A stretch of DNA of 49,662 bases from a virus (IMGVR_UViG_3300037797_000107:1-49662), one strand, 5' to 3'; shown: positions 16,547-24,072, counted from the stretch's first letter. The notes: generated by a model not told the origin, from the sequence alone. A program made the numbers and translations.

Positions 16547-18157
16547 TCATTCCATCAGCCCCGCCATCGCCGGGGTCGTGGTCATTCGCTTCCTCGCCAG
16601 TTCGTGATACGTCAAGTCGATATGGACCGGCTTGCGCCCCAGCTCGAGTGCCACTTTGCTTGTCGTTCCGCTGCCCCCGAAGGGGTCAAGGATCACGTCT
16701 CCCGGCTTTGATCCGGCGAGGATGCACAAGCGCGGTATCTCCTCGGGGAAGGTGGCGAAGTGGTCTATTGACACAACGGAACAATTGCAGTATTCTGGAT
16801 TGTATGAAGAATTGCCTTCGTTGTGGGATACAATTTCAACCCAAGGATGATCGTCCGAATCGTCCGGCCCGATATTGCTCTCGTCGCTGTGGGCAGCCGA
16901 ATCAATTCTCCCGGCAGCAGATTCAATGTTCGGAGTGCGGCACTTCGTTTGAACGCAAGCGGTATCATGTTGCGATGTCGGGGGAGCGGGGGCAGTTTTG
17001 CTCTTTTCGTTGTTATGGCCGCTGGCAGAAGCGCAACACCCTCGGGGCGCAAAATCCATGCTACCGAAAAGAAGCCCATTCGATTCTTCTTTGCGATTAT
17101 TGCGGAGATGAGTTTTCCCGCCCGAAGTATGTTCGCGGGGGGGAGTTGAAGTTTTGCAACAGGGATTGTTTCCAGCAGTATGCCCATCTTCATTTCCAAC
17201 GTCGGATGCCGATAGGCTACGGGAAGTCGTGGCTGTCGGCAAAACGTCAGGCGTTGAAGAGGGACGGTCGCCGTTGCTGCGATTGCTCCTCGGGAGACGA
17301 ACTGGTTGTCCACCATTTGAAGCCTTATCGAACCTTCCAGATCGCAACATCGGCCCATGAATTGGGCAATCTTCGGACGCTTTGTAGGGCTTGCCATCGG
17401 CGGACACATAATCTGCCGCATCGAACGAAATAGATTCAGGCGCAGAGTACGGCTGCGTGGCGATGGACCAGACGGTGCGGCGGTTACGGCCAGATTCACT
17501 TCCCCAAGGCCGAACCGGATCACGGCTAATGATCCTAGGTGTGTGGGATATAGCATACTGCTCACTATTCGGATCACCACCCCTACCGTGAATTGGTCCT
17601 GATAATTCTTCCTTCACCGCATCTGCATCGTAGTAATACTTCGCGCTCTTGCTCATCAGGAAGATGTACTCATGCGCCTTCGTAGGCCGGTCGGTAACGC
17701 TCTCCGGCATCGGGTTCGGCTTGCTCCAGATGATATCGGAACGGAGATACCAGCCGTCCGCTTGCAGGGCGAAGGCGACACGCCAAGGGATGCCCACCAG
17801 GTCCTTCGGCTTGAGGCCGATGTCTGCGGCCTTTGATGGCCGGTGCATTGCGGTTTTCTCGCGGTCCTTATTGCCCACAAATCCGGTCCATTCCGATCCC
17901 TCTGGATTTCCTCCCTTTCCGCTTTGCGAGTACGAATCCCCCAAGTTCAACCACAGCACCCCGTCATCCTTCAGCACCCGCCGCACCTCTCGGAACACGG
18001 CGACCATGTTGGCGACGTACTCCTCCGGGGTTTTGCAGAGGCCGAGCTGTCCAGGCGTCCCGTAGTCGCGCAGGCCCCAATAGGGAGGCGAGGTAACGAC
18101 GCATTGAACGCTCTCATCGCGCAGCGGGATGGCGCGGGCATCGGCGCGGAGGATCAT
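16547..18157 (-). CDS. DNA N4-cytosine/N6-adenine methyltransferase with an in-frame insertion of about 226 aa
   Basis: VTSPPYWGLRDY, WLNLGDSY, LRSDIIWSKPNPMPES, HFATFP, ILDPFGGSGTT. The insert lies between TQPYS and HFATFP. Confidence 0.9.
   Translation of the reverse strand: MILRADARAIPLRDESVQCVVTSPPYWGLRDYGTPGQLGLCKTPEEYVANMVAVFREVRRVLKDDGVLWLNLGDSYSQSGKGGNPEGSEWTGFVGNKDREKTAMHRPSKAADIGLKPKDLVGIPWRVAFALQADGWYLRSDIIWSKPNPMPESVTDRPTKAHEYIFLMSKSAKYYYDADAVKEELSGPIHGRGGDPNSEQYAISHTPRIISRDPVRPWGSESGRNRRTVWSIATQPYSAPESISFDAADYVSADGKPYKASEDCPIHGPMLRSGRFDKASNGGQPVRLPRSNRSNGDRPSSTPDVLPTATTSRSLSASDVGNEDGHTAGNNPCCKTSTPPREHTSGGKTHLRNNRKEESNGLLFGSMDFAPRGCCASASGHNNEKSKTAPAPPTSQHDTACVQTKCRTPNIESAAGRIDSAAHSDESNIGPDDSDDHPWVEIVSHNEGNSSYNPEYCNCSVVSIDHFATFPEEIPRLCILAGSKPGDVILDPFGGSGTTSKVALELGRKPVHIDLTYHELARKRMTTTPAMAGLME
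16768..16796 (+). promoter_or_regulatory. Sigma70-type promoter for the antisense HNH gene (probably leaderless)
   Basis: TTGACA (16768-73), 17 nt, TATTCT (16791-96). The ATG follows 7 nt later with no RBS. Confidence 0.75.
16804..17433 (+). CDS. HNH homing endonuclease with three zinc-binding repeats, nested antisense in the MTase
   Basis: Three CxxC...YCSRRC/FCSFRC/FCNRDC units, then RDGRRCCDC...VVHHL...NLRTLCRACHRRTH. Confidence 0.9.
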   Translation: MKNCLRCGIQFQPKDDRPNRPARYCSRRCGQPNQFSRQQIQCSECGTSFERKRYHVAMSGERGQFCSFRCYGRWQKRNTLGAQNPCYRKEAHSILLCDYCGDEFSRPKYVRGGELKFCNRDCFQQYAHLHFQRRMPIGYGKSWLSAKRQALKRDGRRCCDCSSGDELVVHHLKPYRTFQIATSAHELGNLRTLCRACHRRTHNLPHRTK

Positions 18158-18330
18158 CTCCCCCTCCCCAAATACCGCTCGATCCTCTCGTCGATCTCCC
18201 TGCCGATGGCCCGGATCCGCTCCTGCCGGTCGATGTCGGCGTCGATGCGGGACAGGTGCTCGCTTAACTCCGGGCACGCGATGAAGATGCAGCGCAGCCG
18301 CCAGTCTGGGCAGGAGAGGGAGCAGGTCAT
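18154..18330 (-). CDS. Small hypothetical protein (58 aa)
   Basis: ATGA overlaps on both sides. Confidence 0.5.
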   Translation of the reverse strand: MTCSLSCPDWRLRCIFIACPELSEHLSRIDADIDRQERIRAIGREIDERIERYLGRGR

Positions 18331-19580
18331 CGGGTGGGCGCCATCATCGTTTCGATCCTTCCGAGGATGTCTTCCAGCACCGGCACCGCCATGCTGTTCC
18401 CGATGGCCTTGTATCGCGGTCCGTCCGCGGCGGGCTTGTTCTTGTAGGTGATGGCGGTATAACCATCATCGAATCCTTGGAGTCTTTCGCACTCGCGGGG
18501 CGTGAGGCGGCGGACGGACATGCCTTGATAGACGTGCATCGTAGCTTCCATGCCGGGATCGGAATTGTTGTACATGTTGCCCCGAAGTGGTTGCGCTACC
18601 GCCTGCCCCCTGTCGCTCATGGGGTTGGCCGGAAGAGTGAACGCGACATCGTTCGCCACGCTTACGCCTGGATCGTCGCGGTCCCCGTTGAGTTGAAACG
18701 CCACCGCCATCTGCCCCCCTGCGTTCGCGTGGGACTTGTCGGCCCCCATCGCCCGAAGCGGCGGGGATACTTCTCCTGAATCGTTGCCGGAATCCTTGCA
18801 GGTGAAGGCGACCAGCGTTTCCGATTCAAAGTCGTATCGGCCAGGGTGGTGGTTGCAACCCGTAGCGACTTCAATGGGGCCGCCCGTATTGTTCCCGCCG
18901 TATACCGCGATCACCGGATCCTGTCCTCGGCTTTCTCCGGCTCGTTCCGTACCCCGGCCACTTGCTCCAATGCTCGGCGCAACGTCGGCGGAAGTTCCTT
19001 CCCCCTTTTCTCGGCTCGGCGGAGGATGCCCGCACAGGCGCGAGAACTCAGAAAGTACCGCCGCGGGATATCGCCAGTCTCCAGAATGTCCGATAAAGAA
19101 CACGCGCTCGCGCCGCTGCGGAACCCCGAAGAATTGTGCGTCAGGGCTTGCCCATGCGCCAGAATACCCGCACTCATCCACCGCCCGGAGGAAGGCACCA
19201 AAGTCCCGTCCCGCATTCGACGACAGCAGTCCAGGGACGTTTTCAAACACGAACCATGTCGGGCGTATTCGAGCAACAATTCCAAGGGCGACGAAGGCCA
19301 GGACGCCGCGCGGGTCATCCACTCCAGCTCTTTTCCCCGCAACGCTGAAGGACTGGCAGGGGCTTCCGAAAACAAGGACATCTGGTTTCCCATGAGACAA
19401 GGCCCTCTCGCAGAAGTCGGGGGCCGTTACGTCCCCGAGGTTGACGGATTCCGGATGGCGGAATGCCAGCACGGCGGACGGGAACGGTTCGATCTCCGCG
19501 CCCCACAGGCACTCCCATCCGAGACGCTTCGCGGCGACTTCGGGAGCGCCGATGCCGGAGAAAAGGGTGGCGAGCCTCAT
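18327..19580 (-). CDS. DNA cytosine-5 methyltransferase
   Basis: LFSGIG, GSPCQSFS, FENVPG, QRRERVF, RRLTPRECERLQGF, GNSMAVPV. Confidence 0.95.
   Translation of the reverse strand: MRLATLFSGIGAPEVAAKRLGWECLWGAEIEPFPSAVLAFRHPESVNLGDVTAPDFCERALSHGKPDVLVFGSPCQSFSVAGKRAGVDDPRGVLAFVALGIVARIRPTWFVFENVPGLLSSNAGRDFGAFLRAVDECGYSGAWASPDAQFFGVPQRRERVFFIGHSGDWRYPAAVLSEFSRLCGHPPPSREKGEGTSADVAPSIGASGRGTERAGESRGQDPVIAVYGGNNTGGPIEVATGCNHHPGRYDFESETLVAFTCKDSGNDSGEVSPPLRAMGADKSHANAGGQMAVAFQLNGDRDDPGVSVANDVAFTLPANPMSDRGQAVAQPLRGNMYNNSDPGMEATMHVYQGMSVRRLTPRECERLQGFDDGYTAITYKNKPAADGPRYKAIGNSMAVPVLEDILGRIETMMAPTR
18911..19393 (-). CDS. Alternative-frame ORF nested in the C5 MTase (M.EcoHK31I beta-subunit-like)
   Basis: SSGRWMSAG...CSLSDILET...RYFLS..ACAGILRRAEKRGKELP, recognised from memory as a nested ORF family of C5 MTases. 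Confidence 0.65.
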   Translation of the reverse strand: MGNQMSLFSEAPASPSALRGKELEWMTRAASWPSSPLELLLEYARHGSCLKTSLDCCRRMRDGTLVPSSGRWMSAGILAHGQALTHNSSGFRSGASACSLSDILETGDIPRRYFLSSRACAGILRRAEKRGKELPPTLRRALEQVAGVRNEPEKAEDRIR

Positions 19581-19774
19581 CGGGCGCATTCCCTTCCCGC
19601 CCTTTTGTCCGCTTCCGCCGCCTTGTCGACCAGCCACATATCGTCCACGGTCGGGTTGAGACAGCGTGTCGTTCCGCACCGACAATTCCACGCGACCAGC
19701 ACGCCGTACTGGATCCCGATCGGCTCGATATCGTCGATCTGCTCGATGCGCCCGCACATGGGGCAGGGTTTCAC
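19577..19774 (-). CDS. Small zinc-binding protein
   Basis: CPMC...CRC; coupled on both sides. Confidence 0.6.
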   Translation of the reverse strand: MKPCPMCGRIEQIDDIEPIGIQYGVLVAWNCRCGTTRCLNPTVDDMWLVDKAAEADKRAGRECAR

Positions 19775-20541
19775 GCCAGCGCCCGGAGTGCCTTGATGGC
19801 GGCGTCGGCCCTCTCGACGGTGTCCAGCGCGTCCGTCCGGCGCTTCTCGAGGTCGGCGATCACCGCCGCGATTGAGCCGGAGCCGTTGGAGGGGGCTGGC
19901 TTCGCGACAGGAGCCGTCGCGCGCGCGACACGGGGCGTCGCGGGGGGCGGCATCTTGACGGTTGCTGCTGGTTTCTGCTGGTTATTGCCGGTTCCTGCCG
20001 TGTGTGGGTCCGCTGCGTCGGGCGGCGTGTAGATGCACGCCCTCCCCTTCGGCCACGCCTTGATCTTCCCTTCGCCGGCCAGGGCGGCGGTGACCTCTTC
20101 CAGTTCGTCCTTCGACACGCCGCAGTAATTCATCAGCCGTCCCCGGCTGCACGCCTTCTCCCGAAGGATCCGGGAGAGAACACGCTCCTTTGCCTTGTCA
20201 TCTGCCATGCTCGTCTCCTCCTTCGGGGTGATCGTTTCGGGTTTCGGGCGGATCGGTTCACTCGGGGCGGGTTTCGTATCACTGAACCGCGCATTGACCG
20301 GATCCCATATCACCCGGCCCGCCCCGACCGGCTTGGCCGATGCGTCAGACTTGACGTTGAGCTCCCCCGGAGGCACCGCGATCCGCTCCGGCTCCTGTGC
20401 CCCTTCCAAGCGCTTGCGGCGCATGGAACAAACCCAACACTCGTTCCGGTCGTACTCCCGCGTCATCATTTCGTTCCGCCGCTTCTGCAGCGACAGGCAC
20501 GCCTCCTGACGGCCCGGGGACGCGAAGGGGCAGCTAGCCAT
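19771..20541 (-). CDS. Hypothetical protein with a possible winged-helix domain (start uncertain)
   Basis: In-operon ORF with a strong internal RBS before MADDKAK (20209). Confidence 0.55.
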   Translation of the reverse strand: MASCPFASPGRQEACLSLQKRRNEMMTREYDRNECWVCSMRRKRLEGAQEPERIAVPPGELNVKSDASAKPVGAGRVIWDPVNARFSDTKPAPSEPIRPKPETITPKEETSMADDKAKERVLSRILREKACSRGRLMNYCGVSKDELEEVTAALAGEGKIKAWPKGRACIYTPPDAADPHTAGTGNNQQKPAATVKMPPPATPRVARATAPVAKPAPSNGSGSIAAVIADLEKRRTDALDTVERADAAIKALRALA

Positions 20542-20750
20542 CAGATTCGGCTCCTCGCGGGTTTCCGCGGCTTCGCCGGCGGGATCGTCGCGCCGATGAA
20601 ATGCGCCAGTTCTTCGCGCGAAAGGAACAAGGACGGAATGTTCACCAGAGGGTGCCAGGCGCGGACGGCGTACCGGTAAACCCGGTTCTTCACCGTTCGC
20701 TCGATGGCGAGGCCAACGGGGGCGACAGCGGGCGATCCGAGGCGGGTCAT
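20541..20750 (-). CDS. Hypothetical protein (69 aa)
   Basis: ATGA overlap with the CII-like gene. Confidence 0.55.
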   Translation of the reverse strand: MTRLGSPAVAPVGLAIERTVKNRVYRYAVRAWHPLVNIPSLFLSREELAHFIGATIPPAKPRKPARSRI

Positions 20751-21103
20751 TTCTTCAGTTCCTCCACGGCTTTCATGAGATCCGGCAACAGCGCCTCGAC
20801 AGCCGCCAGCGCCCGTCCCTTGCGGGTTTCCTCGTCGGATAAGAAATGATCGATGAGCCAGTAGATGATCTCGTGGCCCTTCGGGGCGGTGACCTGGATG
20901 AACGTCGGGAGCTTTTCCACGGGGAACCGCCGCCCGTCCGTCCCCGCGAGGATCTGCGAGAGTTCCGCCGGGGCCATATCCAGTTCGGCGGCGATGAACT
21001 TGATCTGCTTGCCGCACGAATAGGCGACGTGGTTTATGACTTCCTTGATCGTGTCGTATCGGGGAGGATCGAAGGAGAGTGTGTACTGCGTTTCAGGGGC
21101 CAC
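20747..21103 (-). CDS. CII-like HTH regulator
   Basis: KFIAAELDMAPAELSQIL HTH; downstream of cro; GAGGAG RBS before GTG. Confidence 0.7.
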   Translation of the reverse strand: MAPETQYTLSFDPPRYDTIKEVINHVAYSCGKQIKFIAAELDMAPAELSQILAGTDGRRFPVEKLPTFIQVTAPKGHEIIYWLIDHFLSDEETRKGRALAAVEALLPDLMKAVEELKK

Positions 21104-21179
21104 CGTGACTCCTCGGGATGAAAAGTAACTTCGCGTAACAGTGGGAAACCGGTTAAAAAAAATTATGGATGCAAACCCA

Positions 21180-21386
21180 TCAACCGGCCTTCTTCCGATC
21201 GGTCCGGTAGATGTCATCGATCGTCACTTCCCCGCCGAAGAACCGGACGATCGCCCGCGCATGGTCGGGGGCGACGTTGCCGCCCCGCTTCCAGTTCGTG
21301 ACGGCTCCCTTGGTGACGCCGCAATGTTTCGCCAATTCGACCTGGGATTTCTTTCGAGATTTGAGCAACCGGAAAACTTTCTTCAA
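21180..21386 (-). CDS. Cro-like HTH repressor (68 aa)
   Basis: SQVELAKHCGVTKGAVTNWKRG; GGAGG RBS before TTG. Confidence 0.85.
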   Translation of the reverse strand: MKKVFRLLKSRKKSQVELAKHCGVTKGAVTNWKRGGNVAPDHARAIVRFFGGEVTIDDIYRTDRKKAG

Positions 21387-21408
21387 GGTAGCCCCTCCAT
21401 TGGCGGGA

Positions 21409-21437
21409 ATAGTAAACCAAAGATTTACCCGTGTCAA
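21409..21437 (-). promoter_or_regulatory. Leftward early promoter with overlapping operator
   Basis: TTGACA-17-TACTAT containing the palindrome GTAAA-N7-TTTAC. Confidence 0.8.
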
Positions 21438-21499
21438 GGGGCCAATTTCCCCGGGAGCGAGTTTTGCAGATTTTGTCGAAACATAACCGAGGGGAACCC

Positions 21500-21742
21500 A
21501 TGACTCGCATCGACTACGCCGGTTATTCCAGGAACGTAGCCATGTACCTCAGAGATAGATGTAAGCGGGAAAACATAAAACAAGATACCTGGCAGGGGTT
21601 ATTTGGCTTTTCAAAACAAGCAGTTAACTCATGGAGGGGTGGGCGGGGATTCCCGAGCTTTGAAAACCTTCTGACCATCGCAGGGCACTTTGACGAGAAG
21701 CTCGATGTGATCGTAAAGTGGAGGACGCGCCGCATATCGTAG
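21500..21742 (+). CDS. CI-like XRE HTH repressor (80 aa, no peptidase domain)
   Basis: FGFSKQAVNSWRGGRGFPSFENLLTIAGHF; divergent from cro. Confidence 0.8.
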   Translation: MTRIDYAGYSRNVAMYLRDRCKRENIKQDTWQGLFGFSKQAVNSWRGGRGFPSFENLLTIAGHFDEKLDVIVKWRTRRIS

Positions 21743-21835
21743 GCTTGTCGCATATCTGAGTAAACCTTTCCCCATATAGTTCCCTCCCCTTCTCAGCCCT
21801 GCGAAAATTAATTTTCACTCCCCCGTCATTACCCC

Positions 21836-21864
21836 TTGACAAGAGTAAAGGACTGATTTACTAT
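21836..21864 (+). promoter_or_regulatory. Rightward early promoter with overlapping operator
   Basis: TTGACA-17-TACTAT with the same GTAAA-N7-TTTAC palindrome. Confidence 0.8.
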
Positions 21865-22007
21865 CCCCCCAAGATTGCACGAACTGGCCTACGGGCCGAC
21901 GCGGTACCGGGTGATCGTTCGCAAGCTGCGGATTGCGTCAGGGATCGACGGATCAGGTGGCAGGGCAAGCCCGGGATGCAAAGCGGGTCGCTCATTGAAT
22001 TTTGAAA

Positions 22008-22070
22008 GGGATGGCCGCTGCATCCGGTCCCACCCGGCTGGCCACCGGACCCCGCGTGCAAGGCCATCCC
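22008..22070 (+). other. Long RNA hairpin immediately 5' of pentamer array 1
   Basis: Nested stems GGGATGGCC/GGCCATCCC, TGCA/TGCA and TCCGGT/ACCGGA. Confidence 0.6.
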
Positions 22071-22079
22071 GCAAGAAGG

Positions 22080-22329
22080 GGTTCGGAATGGTGAGGCTCG
22101 GAATGGCTGGGCGGTGAGGGGCATGGCACGGTGATACGCGGACGGGCGGGGTTCGGTTTGACATGTCTCGGGCGGGCGAGGAGTGGAAAGGTCGGGCAGG
22201 GCTGGGTTGTCTCAGGCAGGAAACGGCACGGAGTGGTTAGGCCCGGACAGGTTCGGCAGGGTTCGGCGCTGTCAGGTGCGGTAATGCGGGGTTCGGCGTG
22301 GAATGGTCTTGCTTGGTAGGGTTCGGCCA
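22080..22329 (+). ncRNA. Pentamer array 1, (GGH-NN)x50; putative VIPR-like guide RNA
   Basis: 50 consecutive 5-mers in unbroken phase; 41 begin with GG and the last two bases vary. Confidence 0.75.
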
Positions 22330-22347
22330 AATTAAACAGGAGGTCTT

Positions 22348-22974
22348 ATGGCAAAAGCAGCGTTGAAAGCGGTTGGCGGGGATGTTCCTCAGAACGGCGC
22401 AGCGGAGGAAATCGGCTACCAGATGCCCTACTCGGTCAGCGTGACGATCCGGGGTGATTCGGATTTCCTGTTCCATCGGTGGTCGCCGGAAGCGGTGAAC
22501 GAGAAGGCGCGGGCGGCGAAGGGATCGAAGGCGAAGAAGACCGACAACCTGGAATCCTACGTCTACCGGACGCAGGACGGGAACCTCGCCATCCCCGGCG
22601 AGTACCTTCGTGGGGCGATCATCCACGCGGCGAAGTTCCGGCAGGACCCGCGCTCTCCCCGAAAGTCCGCGATGGATCTGTTCAAGGCCGGTGTGATTTC
22701 CCTGACGCCTCTCGCGGACTGCGGGAAAGCGGAATGGGACTACGAGGATCAGCGGCGCGTGGTGATCCAGCGTAACGGCGTGAATCGTGTCCGTCCCGCT
22801 CTCCGCGCCGGATGGGAAGTCGAGATGGATTTCCTCGTCAACCTTCCCGAGTACATCAGCCCCGAGATGATGAACGACGTGATCCAGCAGGCGGGGCGGC
22901 TCATCGGCATCGGGGATTTCCGCCCGACGTACGGGCGGTTCAAGGTGGTCAAATTCAACAGGATCGAGGATTAA
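22348..22974 (+). CDS. Stand-alone Cas7/RAMP-like protein (Vipr-like)
   Basis: N-terminal strand VSVTIRG, IPGEYLRGAI, and C-terminal Gly loop AGRLIGIGDFRPTYGRF; AGGAGG RBS; flanked by pentamer arrays. Confidence 0.75.
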   Translation: MAKAALKAVGGDVPQNGAAEEIGYQMPYSVSVTIRGDSDFLFHRWSPEAVNEKARAAKGSKAKKTDNLESYVYRTQDGNLAIPGEYLRGAIIHAAKFRQDPRSPRKSAMDLFKAGVISLTPLADCGKAEWDYEDQRRVVIQRNGVNRVRPALRAGWEVEMDFLVNLPEYISPEMMNDVIQQAGRLIGIGDFRPTYGRFKVVKFNRIED

Positions 22975-22985
22975 CAATCGGCCGT

Positions 22986-23220
22986 GGCGGGCAGGGGTCT
23001 GGCATGGACTGGAATGGCCCGGTCGTGTGAGGAAAGGCGTGGCGAGGACGGGTCAGGCTTGGACTGGTAGTGCGTGGTCCGGAACGGCGCGCACGGGCCC
23101 GGTGTGGCATGGCGGGACATGGCTGGCTCCGGACGGGTTGAGAATGGCCGGGAGAGGAGTGGTCCGGTGAGGCGAGGAGCGGTGCGGCAGGGAGAGGCAA
23201 TCCGAGGTGGGGCAGGGCAA
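22986..23220 (+). ncRNA. Pentamer array 2, (GGH-NN)x47; putative VIPR-like guide RNA
   Basis: 47 in-phase 5-mers, 39 beginning with GG; ends at an A-rich tract and the next RBS, as array 1 does. Confidence 0.75.
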
Positions 23221-23243
23221 TCAAATAATAAAGGAGAAAGCAC

Positions 23244-23465
23244 ATGAAGCCCTCCGCGGAAACCGTTCTCGCCTACCTGATCCGCAACGGCTGGACGCGC
23301 AATCGGACGCTGATGGAGCAATGCCCCACCGACACGCCGACCAAGCGCATCAGCGAACTGCACAAGGCCCGCCTGATCGTGAAGCGCCGATGCCCGACCG
23401 ATCCGCGATACGTCGAATACCGCGCCAAGACGATGCCGGAAATCCTGATGGGAGGGAATCCATGA
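23244..23465 (+). CDS. Small winged-helix-like protein
   Basis: AAGGAG RBS; TPTKRISELHKARLIVKR. Confidence 0.65.
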   Translation: MKPSAETVLAYLIRNGWTRNRTLMEQCPTDTPTKRISELHKARLIVKRRCPTDPRYVEYRAKTMPEILMGGNP

Positions 23466-23722
23466 AGATCGAGAACCTGATCGAGACCGACGATACCCGC
23501 CGCGAACGGAAGCGCCTCACGCTCACGAAGTTGCAGTTCCTGTGCCTCGGCGTGGCGATCGCCGCGCTGGCCGGATCGCTCGACCCCTGGTGGAAGTCGC
23601 TCCACGTGGCCGTCCTGTTCCTCGTGTTGGCGCTGATCCTGGGGGCGTGCAAGGTCGGCTCGTGCCGGAGGCCTCGGAGGAGAGTGCGTCCCCACCGGCT
23701 GATCGCGCTGCCGAGGGCGTGA
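23462..23722 (+). CDS. Small membrane protein (two TM segments)
   Basis: Two hydrophobic stretches; ATGA overlap. Confidence 0.6.
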   Translation: MKIENLIETDDTRRERKRLTLTKLQFLCLGVAIAALAGSLDPWWKSLHVAVLFLVLALILGACKVGSCRRPRRRVRPHRLIALPRA

Positions 23723-23723
23723 G

Positions 23724-23909
23724 ATGAGCAACCGCCTGCCACTTAAGGACCGCCTCCGCGATCACCCGCTGATGGCGGAGCCGGAGTGCGACGAATGCCG
23801 CGAACTGTTGGGTGAGGAACCTTTCGAGTATGGCAACGATTGCATCTGCCGCGAGTGTCATATACGCCACGTTGATGAAGCGGAGGCGAAACTTGAAGGC
23901 GACCGATAA
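23724..23909 (+). CDS. Small zinc-finger protein
   Basis: CDEC...CREC. Confidence 0.6.
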   Translation: MSNRLPLKDRLRDHPLMAEPECDECRELLGEEPFEYGNDCICRECHIRHVDEAEAKLEGDR

Positions 23910-24072
23910 GGACCGCTGTATATCCTGCGGGCGCAAGTTCGATGAGGTCGTGTTCCGGTTCGACCAGTCGGACACATGCACCGTGTGTCAGCACTATGAA
24001 TCAAGGGAGCATCGGGCTTCGTTAAGAGATGACCGGCGGGAATGGTGCCGGATAAACGGGAGGTGCTGGTGA
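23893..24072 (+). CDS. Small zinc-finger protein
   Basis: CISC...CTVC; GGAGG before TTG. Confidence 0.5.
   Translation: MKATDKDRCISCGRKFDEVVFRFDQSDTCTVCQHYESREHRASLRDDRREWCRINGRCW

Noticed and set aside
16491-16550. 19-codon ORF MIDIRKVDKFWFVDLLARA
   Set aside because: It is coupled to the MTase stop but too short to support.
16763-17440. Intein or group I intron in the MTase
   Set aside because: No intein splice-junction residues sit at the boundaries and I recognise no intron core. The insert is fully occupied by the antisense promoter and HNH. RT-PCR is still needed to exclude splicing formally.
16765-17580. 271-aa minus-strand ORF
   Set aside because: It is the codon-aligned shadow of the HNH gene, with no recognisable motifs.
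22080-23220. Pentamer arrays as CRISPR arrays, microsatellites or coding ORFs (21992-22330, 22955-23245 and others)
   Set aside because: There are no 25-40-nt repeats with spacers and the units are not identical. The overlapping ORFs are low-complexity products of the periodicity.
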